Source: Octopus vulgaris | Lineage: Eukaryota | DNA length: 64,000 nucleotides | NCBI GenBank assembly: GCA_951406725.2 | Contig: OX597815.1 | Coordinates: 123,814,001 to 123,878,000 of the forward strand | Reading direction: 5' to 3' | Shown here: positions 52,345 through 64,000 of the stretch, one piece after another | How the letters are laid out: every line of letters starts with the position of its first letter | How positions within the stretch are numbered: position 1 is the stretch's first letter | Translations under genes and position numbers: made by a program | The notes under the pieces: model-generated | Told to the model about the DNA's origin: nothing | What the model saw: only the letters and a program-made list of their open reading frames with translations | The model's database searches: none

Positions 52345-52480
52345 ACGCTAGTACATGCTATATTTTATCTTGAAGTTTGGTGACAAGTCTCCTCAAACTC
52401 CAAGAATCTTTCTTAGGATTCTTACAGAATACAGGATGGTATTTTTCTGCAGGTCGACAATGTGAGTTTCAATGCCCCTG
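52345..52480 (-). mobile_element. Old Dong-like LINE 3' end
   Basis: GIETHIVDLQKNTILYSVRILRKILGV* (compare Dong IQKIALLGTAHILRRTL), followed by a (CAA/TAA)n tract. The same 3' end is at about 53455-53560. Confidence 0.6.
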
Positions 52481-52494
52481 AAAGAACTACTTAC

Positions 52495-52617
52495 TTTCAC
52501 AAGAGGTCTTGTCTTTGGCCACCTGGAACCCTTCGTAACACCCACATTCATAACTTCCTAGTGTGTTCAGACACGTTTGCTGACACATGTGCATTTCTTG
52601 ACTGCATTCATCCAAAT
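52495..52617 (-). CDS. EGFL7/8: EGFL7/8-like exon: calcium-binding EGF domain
   Basis: Acceptor TTTTTTAACTGAACAG|, donor |GTAAGT; 123 nt, phase 1 to 1. (D)LDECSQEMHMCQQTCLNTLGSYECGCYEGFQVAKDKTSCE matches the cbEGF consensus. Confidence 0.93.
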
Positions 52618-52801
52618 CTGTTCAGTTAAAAAAAACAAAACAAGAAACAACTTGAAATAAAAGAATATTATGTTATCAGGTAAATTAAACAAGATCACTT
52701 TAATGACCGTTCGACATGTTTCTATTAATGGCAAGGACATTTATGAATTATTAATTAGGCATTATATTTTTATATTGGTTTGGAGTTTTAAGTTCACATA
52801 C

Positions 52802-52897
52802 CTGTTTCACATGTTGGTCCAGCCCATCCAGTGTTGCATCTACAAGTGTCTGGACCCGTACAAGTTCCGCGATTATTACAATCCGTACGACACACAG
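52802..52897 (-). CDS. EGFL7/8: EGFL7/8-like exon: EGF domain
   Basis: Acceptor CTTTAATTGGTAG|, donor CAG|GTATGT; 96 nt, phase 1 to 1. (P)VCRTDCNNRGTCTGPDTCRCNTGWAGPTCET has six Cys. Confidence 0.93.
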
Positions 52898-53124
52898 CTA
52901 CCAATTAAAGATATATTTTATTTAAAATATAGCCAAAGCAAGAAAAAAGGAAAATATGGCGAAGTATTCTCAAACTTTAATCACAAGTTGCTTATAAAAA
53001 TTATTTGAAACATAGTCACAAGTTCAGAAATTTGGCGGAGGGGACAAGTCAAATATATCGATTCTGGTATCTAAGTTTCAAACTAGTTAGGGGCCTTATG
53101 CCTATATTAGAAACGAGTTTTATT

Positions 53125-53300
53125 AAGGCTTGGCAGAATTATCACCGCACTGGACAAACTGCTCAGCGGAATTTCTTCCTGTTCCTTACGTTTTGAGCTC
53201 AAATTCCGTCGAAGGCGATATTTGCCTTTCATCTTTTTTGGGGTCGGTAAAATAAGTACCAAAATTTCAAACCCTTTGCCTATAGTAGAAAATATTATCA
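53125..53300 (+). mobile_element. SINE family B copy
   Basis: TGGCAGAATT...GCCTTTCATCTTTTTTGGGGTCGGTAAAATAAGTACC. Confidence 0.65.
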
Positions 53301-53454
53301 TTATTTTTATTTTCTCTTTATTACAGATTTTGTTGGAACTCCTGGAGTCTTGCATATGTAGCACGCTTACGACCTGCAGCCTACGGTACCATGCTATTCG
53401 TTCTTTTCAGCTAATACTTCCCTTATTATTATTATTCCAAACTAATCTAATTAG

Positions 53455-54372
<918 letters not shown>

Positions 54373-55100
54373 TAGATTAAGTTTAAGACGTTAAAAATAC
54401 TTTAATATTTAAAACACATCTTTCATTTATCTCTTGTCTAGACGTGCAGACAAAGATGTATTTAGAATGGAGTATTTATAGTAATGCAAGCTTGTCAATG
54501 ACTTTGGGGGTTTACGTGAAGTGCAACACTATATGTTGTCACTTTAGTAAATTCAGTGTCTATTAATATTTGTCTGCTGAAATTATCAGTAACTTGGTGC
54601 AGGAAGAAGAGAAAACAACATCAGCAACAATAACAACAACAATCAGAAGCTTTCAGTAGTTTGATAGACGATTTATTATTAAAAACACATCGCCTCGACT
54701 TAGTTTATAAATGAATGTATAAAATATTGTTAAATTATGAATGCAACGGCAGGATATTTACAGTAATAAGCGTAAAAATGTAATAAAAATTAAAATTCAA
54801 GTCTTACAAACGCAGGCTCTCTTCCTTTTTCTCCGTATCACATGTAAACATAAGCACATATGCAAAAACTTATGTATATACATAAGCTCACACAATTATA
54901 CATTTTTACTTGAAGCAAAAAACGAATACGCTAATATAAAAATTTAATTTGAAGTTAAAAAATAGGACACTAAAATTCGAGGAAATCAGCGAGTGCTTTT
55001 TGCTTTAGAAAATATTTCAAATAATGGAATAGGGTTTAAGACAAGAAATAAGATAAACGTTTCGGATGTTTGTCGAGCTATATGGAGAGAGAAAGGGAGT

Positions 55101-55137
<37 letters not shown>

Positions 55138-55839
55138 AGAGAGAGAGTGAGAGAGAAAGAGAAAGGAAGAGAGAAACAGAGAGAAAGACAGAGAGAGAAA
55201 AATAGAGAGAAAAGATGAAGGGAGAAGTAACGGTTTCATCACTAGATTCTAAACTGAGAAAATGAAAAGAATAATTGATTTTGAGACGGTAAATGTGGGG
55301 AGAAAGAGAGTGAGAAAAAGAGTCACGAGAGAGAGAGAGAGAGAGAGGGGGGAACAGAAAGGAGAGGTGAAAGTGAGTGGGCTATGGTTTGTGTGAGTGA
55401 TCATGATATGAGAAGAGACGAAACATAGGAGAGGGTAGTTCGAAAAATAGGGCAATTAAAATGGTAAGGCAGGTGAGATATGAAATAAGAGAGAAAGCTG
55501 CACATGATGGTGATCAGGCTAAGAATAAGAAGCATATGAACAATAACAATGTCGCATTCACTAAAACACAATGTCAGAGGAAGAGAGAACGGCAATAAGT
55601 TGACGGAACAAGGGACGAATAACAGCTTGTTGAAGAATTTAATTTAAAGAATTTTTAAGATCCGAAAACTGAAGTATCATGATTGGTGCGACTCCAAGTG
55701 GAAATGCACAGAGGTTTATGCTGAAAGGTATAGAAGGGATGAAGATGGTTGAAAAAGAAAAGTAGAATGGTGACCATATGCAAAAATGTACAAGAGTTCA
55801 AATTATATCTGCAAATATGCAATGTACACACACACATAT

Positions 55840-55948
<109 letters not shown>

Positions 55949-56834
55949 CAGGGTGTTTGAAAAGTAACTCCCTATTTTAAAATACTTATAATTTATTCAA
56001 CGATAATTTTTTTCTCAAATTTGTTGTATCTGTTCTTTGATGTATGGGGATTGATTCTATGTTGTTAGATTTTCTTTCAAATTGATTATTTTGTTTGAAA
56101 TTTAGAAGCCTTACAAACATCGCCTGATCTCTTTAAAAATATCCTCTGGAGTGATGAAGCGGTATACGACTTGATGGGTTTGCGAACCGTCGTAGCTGCA
56201 CTACTGGGCTGGAGAAGATCCTCGTGTTACCTCTGAAAAAATGCAGAATCGGTGCAAGGCAACGGTATTTTGTGGAATGACTTCGGACAGGATCGTAGGT
56301 CCTTTCATCCTTTGCAATACCATGAATGCGGAAAGGTACCGCACCATGCTGCAAGATGAAATCAGGCCAGTTATCAGTACTTGGGAGAATATTGAAGATT
56401 TGATTTTTATACAAGATGGTGCTCCTCCACATGTTGCTATTGTTGTTCGTAAATGGGTGAATACCCACTTCCCTGGGAGATGGATGGGTCGTCGAAGTCC
56501 GCATGATTGGCTGGCCAGAAGCTCTGATTTAACACTCTGTGACATTTGTCTTTGGGGTTGGTTAAAGGAGCAAGTCTACTCTACCAAACCAACGACTTTG
56601 GAAGAACGTGAAGGGCGAATACGAGAAGTTATGTCTTCCACCTCACAAGAGTTCCAGTTGATGCGATTCCCGGGCCTCTTCAGAAGCTGGTGGCGAATGC
56701 TGGTGTCTATATCGAATTTTAAATAAAACTTCATGCTTTGTGCTTTCTACACATATTAAGTTTTTCTAAAAATCATTGTTAATAAAATAAATTATAAGTA
56801 TTTTGAAATATGTAGTTACTTTTCAATCATCCTC
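55949..56834 (+). mobile_element. Internally deleted DD41D (rosa/Visitor) Tc1/mariner transposon
   Basis: TA|CAGGGTGTTTGAAAAGTAACT...AGTTACTTTTCAATCATCCTC|TA imperfect TIRs of about 50-70 bp. LWSDEA lies at about 56143, and the ORF at 56241-56726 has QDGAPPH followed by 41 residues to the D of SDLTLCD. The DNA-binding domain is missing. Confidence 0.85.
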
Positions 56835-56849
56835 TATATGCATATACAT

Positions 56850-56914
<65 letters not shown>

Positions 56915-57272
56915 AACACAAATATACAAATAAAAATATACATATATGCATACAAACACACACATGCTTCTACACTCACCCTCCCACATACACACACACA
57001 AAAATTAAAGAGATATACTACAAACGGAAGAAATGGAAAAACTTCCTTTCATCAGCTATCTAGAAATCTTTGTAGTCTCGACGTTTTGGTAGATACCGAT
57101 AAAACCAGTTGAATTATTAACCGGAGAATATGGCTGTCAGGGATTAATCTAGTCCTTAGCAACTTTTGCTTTCAACAACACTTCTTGCCGACAAAACCAA
57201 TGCTAGCATTTCTTTACTGTTAGCAGTAGAACTAAGGCATTTGCATATAATTTTGACAATAATATGCGGAAT

Positions 57273-57328
<56 letters not shown>

Positions 57329-57357
57329 ATATGTGTGTGTATAAGTATAAGTATGTA

Positions 57358-57861
57358 TGTCATTATTCAGTTTTATTTCAAGATCTCTTGAAAATAGAGG
57401 AAGAGCCGGTTTCTGACCTAGATCCAAGGCTCCTTTATTGGAATTACAATAACATCAACAGGGTATTTGTGCAGATTTGTATATTTTGTTTTATGTATCA
57501 CTTCTCATGCAAATACTTGCATATCTAGACATGCTCATATATACTTAAATGATAAACTTTCTCCTTTTCTCCTTTCTGGTTTTGAGAAGCCTAATTTCTA
57601 AAGAGTGGTGTTTAGGCAGTGTGTTACATATCCCAGTGCCCCAATAATTACAGATATAAACTTGAACTTGTAATCTGGATAGAGTAACTACAGTTCTCTT
57701 AATAGTTCAGCGTAGGTATTCTCTTTTTCGTTGATTTTTAGCTTTGTGTTATCATCCGCTGGGCAGCTGATTTTCACAACTTCTCTATCCTAAATCATTA
57801 TATCAGGTCTATTATGTTTACATTTCATTGAAGTTTTCACTGGGACATTCCACTAGTACTC

Positions 57862-57862
<1 letters not shown>
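57358..57862 (-). mobile_element. TACA-associated R4-like LINE 3' end (intronic, degenerate)
   Basis: WNVPVKTSMKCKHNRPDIMI...ISCPADDNTKLKINEKENTYAELL...IIGALG. The UTR ends CTTGAAATAAAACTGAATAATG-ACATACATAC. Confidence 0.8.
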
Positions 57863-57947
<85 letters not shown>

Positions 57948-58667
57948 GCATGCATGCATGAAGTTTTGAAAAAACAAGAACTTTAGTTATTTGATTCATT
58001 CGAATTTATATACCGACTACCAGCAGTCACATGCTGAAATGCAGATACAACTGTACGTATATATTTTAATTTTCACTTCACTCTTTATATAACTTACGTA
58101 GAGTGCTGTGTAAAATAAGGGAGACATACTAAGCAAGTTTGACATATGTCATCTATACAGGGAGGCCCAGTAATACGTGACTAAAATAATTTTTTATGCT
58201 TTCATTGAAACTGCTCAGATTGAACTGATTGGAATCAAGAATGTGTCAATAGAAATTTCAAACGTGTTCCACGAAAGATACTTGTGTATAAATAAATACT
58301 CTAGATTATTTCATGGGCATGTTTGTGTATATATAAAGCTGCACGAAAATAAAATGTAGGCGACTACACACATTGATAATACAGAAAGGCAGGTTTGATT
58401 TTCTATTTATAGTAGAGGAAATCGGTGTTGACGTTAGTTAGAAATGAATCCACTATGTAATAAGTATGAACACCGATACAGACGTCTACCAGGCGTTCAA
58501 AGCTCTTTTTCACATGAAGATATGGTAAAAGATATTCAAAGTTGGTGATACAGGAATTTGAAGCAATTCAAATTTTCAATGAAATAATTGATCTTCCTGA
58601 AATACAAACGAGCAAGAACACTACACAAATATGTATGTAGCAAAAAACAAAAACAAAAGCAAAACAA

Positions 58668-59036
58668 AACAAGCAAGAGCCCTCAGAGAGCGCAAACCTC
58701 CGCCAAAGCAACACCAATGTGTTCTCAACAATTAGCCAGTGATGATTTTTAAAATGAGAATATCTGAAATAAACTCGTCTGATCTCACAAAAGAGAATAC
58801 TAAAAATGAACCCGACCACTCTCAAAAATTAAGTAAAAAACCACAGGAAAAATAATCCAGAATCCTTGTCCGGTACCGGGTCGATTCCCAAATCTAATCA
58901 GTTCGTGCCAGTCACGAGGCCAAACATCCCTGAAATTTCATCTGAATCCATCCAGCGGTTCTTAAGATATCTTGTCCACGGAAAAATAAACACGACTGTA
59001 AACAGTACCTCCGCCTTAGCGAAGGCGGAGGTAATA
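58668..59036 (+). mobile_element. Helentron-associated-like non-autonomous element
   Basis: 5' subterminal ACCTCCGCC (58696-58704) is complementary to 3' GGCGGAGGT. A terminal 12-bp hairpin TACCTCCGCCTT-AGCG-AAGGCGGAGGTA lies at 59006-59033. The class is inferred. Confidence 0.55.
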
Positions 59037-59224
59037 AAATAAATAAATAAATAAAATAAAACGAATTCAGTAATTTATGATTTCTTTGTTGCATTTGAAA
59101 TTTAAATCGTCATCACAACGAATTTTACCTCAAATTCGCAAACCATATATTAGTTTGTCTTAAGTTCGTTTAACTGGCAAATAAAATAACTTCAGATGGC
59201 TTCATATTTTATGATATCCTTTCT

Positions 59225-59410
59225 GCTACAGACGCAAGTGCTTGGAATTTTGGGAGAGGAGCTAGTCTCTTACATCGATTTCAGTGCGTAACTGCTTCTT
59301 ATTTCATCGACCCCGAAAGGATGAAAGGCAAAGTAAACCTCGGCGGAATTTGAACTCAGAACATAAAGCATTTTGTCCGGCAAGCTAACAACTCTGTTAG
59401 CTCGTTACCT
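59225..59410 (-). mobile_element. SINE family B copy
   Basis: ATCGACCCCGAAAGGATGAAAGGCAAAGTAAACCTCGGCGGAATTTGAACTCAGAAC. Confidence 0.75.
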
Positions 59411-59849
59411 AATGATATCTTATGATATCGACACTAATAACGAAAGCATTAGGCCTTGTGATTTGTGCTATTAGGATAACGATCATAATGTCGTACGTTC
59501 GATTCCTGGCCCGGGTGGCGTTTTGTGTTCTAGAGCAAGGTGCTTTATTCCATGTTGCTTCAGTATATTCATCTGCAAGTGCTGCATCCTCGAGGTTTTG
59601 CTGGGTTAAGGGTCGAGAGGGTATCTATGTCAGCTCACAACTACATAGATGCCTTTTTAGGTGCCTGTGTAGTCTCGAGCAGACATAGAAAGGATGATGC
59701 ATGCTACTAAGTCATACACACTTGCGAGTGACTGCTGTAGTTTGATTATTAATATATGTTTAAAAGGAAGAAATTTAATAGTGATAAAAAATGGTTGATA
59801 ACCTGGGGAAAAAAGATAGCGGATGATACAAATAAAATATTTTACTCAC

Positions 59850-59968
59850 GTTTGAGACAATCCCGGGAATTTTTATCAAATTGCAGCCAACCAGGACAAC
59901 AGCTGTTGATCAGTTTAGTTTGTACTTCTGTCCGGTACACCTTCCGCATGGCGAGTTTGTAAACAACC
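59850..59968 (-). CDS. EGFL7/8: EGFL7/8-like exon: C-terminal half of EMI domain
   Basis: Acceptor GATTTCTATTATAG|, donor |GTGAGT; 119 nt, phase 2 to 1. VVYKLAMRKVYRTEVQTKLINSCCPGWLQFDKNSRDCLK contains the EMI CCPGW motif. Confidence 0.9.
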
Positions 59969-60533
59969 CTATAATAGAAATCATTTTAATGAAAACTCAA
60001 AAGAATGGTATATTATGGAAAATATGTTATTATATAGAGACGTCGAAAAGTAGATCAATAAACAATTGAAATTGAAATCATTTAATTTGTGTGGGTGAAC
60101 CTTGAATTTTATGAAAACGGTTGTAGCTTAGTACAAGTTGATTTCCCTAATGTACTCTTAAACGTAAGCCTTTCTGTCTAAAATAACTTTCAGTATATTT
60201 CTTTTTCCTGGAAGATTGAAAACTGAAGAATGTTATTACTTATTTTATCAACACGGTAAAGTAATTTCCCGTCATTCATGATAGGCAGATAATTTACGAA
60301 GAAAGTGGAAATAAGAGAATGAGGGATCAAAAGATAGTAAGAAATATATGGAAGGTAGTACACTAGACAAAATAGCTTTGTCAAGTTTATTCGCTTCAGT
60401 ATATTTCTTATAATAATTTTCACTCCCTTCTCGATAAAGAGAGAAGACAGTAAAATAAAAGGCGTTGAAAAAATACAAAACAACACACAAAAAAAACAAA
60501 TAAAAAAATTTTAAATGAAAAGAGAGTGTAAGG

Positions 60534-60576
<43 letters not shown>

Positions 60577-60636
60577 TATATATATTGGTACTATATATAT
60601 GTATACATACATATATACATATGCATATACATATAC

Positions 60637-60667
<31 letters not shown>

Positions 60668-60670
60668 TAT

Positions 60671-60718
<48 letters not shown>

Positions 60719-60904
60719 ATAATAAATATTAGGGAATAAATCCAAATTTACAGGGAAAAATCAGATTTAGGACTGAATCCAATTTTATAGTAAAATATTA
60801 TATAATATTAATTAGAGACAAAACCACTATTATGCAAATCAAACAAAGAAAGACTTAATCCAATACATAAAAAAATTTATATAAATTAAATAAAATTAAA
60901 TTCG

Positions 60905-60950
60905 CCACTACAATTGTTTCGTGTCTCTTCTAATGACATTCATCAGGTGG
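60905..60950 (-). ncRNA. Type I hammerhead ribozyme motif (palindromic ACAAUUGU stem III)
   Basis: CCAC-CUGAUGA-A-UGUC(AUUAGAAGA)GACA-C-GAA-ACAAUUGU-A^GUGG. The core is intact, but the first stem II pair is A-C instead of G-C. Confidence 0.62.
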
Positions 60951-62538
60951 TATTCAGATCTAAAAATAATCAATATTTTAAGATATAAATTTAAAATGAC
61001 TAAAAAATATAAATAATATAAATTTATCAATGAAAACATATATATATAATCTATATATAATCAAGAACTAAAATAACCTCTATAAACAATTGAATATAAT
61101 GAAACCTAGTATTTAAGTTCTCATATTTAAAGATGAAGAATCTAATTTCAAAAAACAAAAAGCAAAAATTAAAATATATATACACACATGCTCATACCCA
61201 AATATCTAAGTATATATATAAACATATCTAAGTACATACACTAACTCACACACCCATATATATATATATATCTATACATACACATAAACTTCTAGGCAAC
61301 GATAAATTAATAAAGTAGCCGTATACTTCTACACATTACTTATTCATACTCCCACACATACACATACAACCCTCATTCATAAACCACATCCAGCAGCCGC
61401 AGATACTCAACAACAACCCACAGAAACATTTCATTCTTAGCAATAAACTACCAAATACCATATACCACATATATACAACAGCCATACATAAATACTTAAA
61501 ACAAACACACACACACATATTCCAAATACCACATGCATGCAACAAACATACACAAATACGCAAACAAACACACACACACGCACACATTCACACATACATA
61601 AACACCCAAAGGAAAACATCATTTCTACACATAAACAATGCACACCCACACACTCACACACACAATCACTCGCACACAACCGCACTCCCACCGCAACACT
61701 CCAACACAGAGGAGTAACAAATTCAGCAGATACATACACTCAGCCACACACATACAGGAACATTCCCTACTCAGCAATATACTATTAAAAACACCAACAC
61801 CATTCTAAAACAAATTTATGAATAAGAATAATAACTTATATAAAATTATTCTATTATTAAACATAACCTAAGCCATTTAAAACGAACCTATCTATTTATT
61901 AAAGTATGTCTAAATTATTTAATAACTAATAACAAAGAAAAATACGATAAATAGATCACTACATAAACAACAAGATTAACATAATGAGAATATATTATTC
62001 AAAAGCTTATACATATTAAAATTACAATTAGGAGATCTTAAAAAATACGTACCTTCTATTCAATTTTAAGTTATGAAGTAAATTTAAAAGCCTAACTGTT
62101 ACAGCGTTAACAAAATTACATTATCAAGGAAATAGAATATATTTTTAATAAATTCTTTGCGCGTGATGAACGAACGTTATTTTAAAGATTATGAATGGAA
62201 TAGAATAGAATATGTTAATCAACGTAAATAGACTGAATTTACTAAAAAATTCTTTAATAAAGCAATCATGATAAACGAAACCCATACATACAAATATAAT
62301 GATAAAACATCCCTTTACCAAATACACAATAACAAACCTATATAGCAATCCTCCCATCAATACATTCACACACAAATACACACACATATTTACACACACC
62401 CACAAACATATACATATACACACTCACATATACATATACATACGTACAATACTCGATATATCCACCAATATATTCACACCCACACCCATACAGAAAATAA
62501 ATAAATACATATACATTCATAATAGTGGTTTTGTCTCT

Positions 62539-62597
<59 letters not shown>

Positions 62598-62780
62598 CAT
62601 ACATACATATATACATATATATATACATATATATATACATATATATATATATACGCATACACATACATACATACATACATCATCATCATCATCATTGTTC
62701 GACCGTGGTCGAGACAATACATACTTACATACTTACATACTTACATACTTACATACTTACATACATACATACATACATAC

Positions 62781-62811
<31 letters not shown>

Positions 62812-62844
62812 ATCAAAATAAGCAACAAGGATATCCAGAGGTAG

Positions 62845-62931
62845 TGCAGTAGGATCGTTTCATGCGACTCCATTTAATTGAACAATGCAAACATTACAGC
62901 AATTTAAAATGTAGAGAAATATTCAGCTGCA
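62845..62931 (-). ncRNA. Decayed hammerhead-like motif in a probable Penelope-like remnant
   Basis: TGCAG-CTGAATA-(long AT-rich insert)-GAAAC-GATC-CTA-CTGCA: a 5-bp stem I brackets a core with two substitutions. The layout is the same as 20486-20558. Confidence 0.45.
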
Positions 62932-64000
62932 TAAAAATTAAGAATTTAGTTAAATTCGAAGGACTCATTTGTATAATTTTATCCAGACAAAGAACATGTT
63001 TTACCAACATCATAGTTGTAACTGAGATTTTTTTCAAAAAAGACACTGCTTATCACTGATTATTTTTGTTATTTAGATTTAATTATTGGGGGCGGGGTTC
63101 AACTTTAATTTATAGGCTAGTTTACCAAATCTGAGAGAAGACAGTGTGTAGTATCATTTTAGGGTAGGTCAAAATAGATAGACAATTTAAGTGGCAAAGT
63201 CATAAATCACGATTTCTTTGAAGCAAAGCCATTTGGTTCAGTAAGAATATACTTCAGACAAGATGTTAGCTGCTATTAAGTAGACCAATGCTTAAGGGAC
63301 AGGGAAAATCTTATCATATAGTAGTAGTACATTTACCTACTATAAAACAATAATTTTTAATCTACCATTTTGAATTATTAATTTTTTTCTAATAAATTAT
63401 CTTACCTATTGATATAAATAAGCTAAATATACCTTACCATAGTTTTGGTAGATAAACCATTTTACCCCTTTTCTATAATGTTCTCCAAATGATTATTTTT
63501 TATTTATTTTTATTTTATTTATTTATTTTTACTTTTTAAATTTTTTCTTTCTCCCTCTCTCTCGTTTTTATTAATGTATATCAACATTTAGATACACATA
63601 TGCATATTATGTATATGTATCTGAGTATGAATATGTATGCATGTATGTAAAATACATCATGGTAATATAATCTATTATAATACAATATTTGTGAATAGCT
63701 ATAAAATCCATTTAATGTACAATCCTTAGTTTAATATACAGAGGTATTCAGCAGAATCGGTCAGCCAAGCGGTTATCTACTTCTGTATGGATCTGTTACA
63801 TAAGTAGAAAAAATATCAAACATTTTGAACTGAATTTTTCAGCTTTCGCTCACATTGAATGATTAGATCTACAATCGAAAACATTCGTGCGTTGATCAGC
63901 CAATCTCTTTTGTGGATTGTAAAAAAGAGCTGTATTTTCTAATGTATGTTTTTATGATAGTGGGTATGATATGAGGAAGATTGGTCGGTAATAAGTTAGA

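Overview
AT-rich, microsatellite-dense eukaryotic DNA. The SINE and LINE repertoire suggests a cephalopod (Octopus-like) genome; this is inferred, not checked. One host gene is readable: six minus-strand coding exons (59968 to 47302) with GT-AG sites and matching phases splice into the C-terminal ~219 aa of an EGFL7/EGFL8-like protein (EMI half, EGF, calcium-binding EGF, coiled coil, SLSEQIGILEEKLSTTCSC). Its 5' end was not found in the window. The rest is mobile DNA. It includes a young R4/Dong-type RLE LINE in (TAA)n tracts (a 676-codon open 5'-truncated copy plus a near-identical inverted copy), a second R4-like RLE LINE family stacked in (TACA)n tracts, a non-coding ~520-nt element in (TAA)n, and Penelope-like remnants at (TA)n tracts. 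There are about nine type-I hammerhead-ribozyme-like motifs, three with intact core nucleotides. Also present are CRE, HERO-like and RTE remnants, several tRNA-derived SINE families, a DD41D (rosa) Tc1/mariner element, a mariner remnant, MITEs and a Helentron-like element. The main theme is that different retroelement families appear to partition the different microsatellite motifs. Most ORF-track entries are microsatellite artefacts. All calls were made by eye, without database searches.
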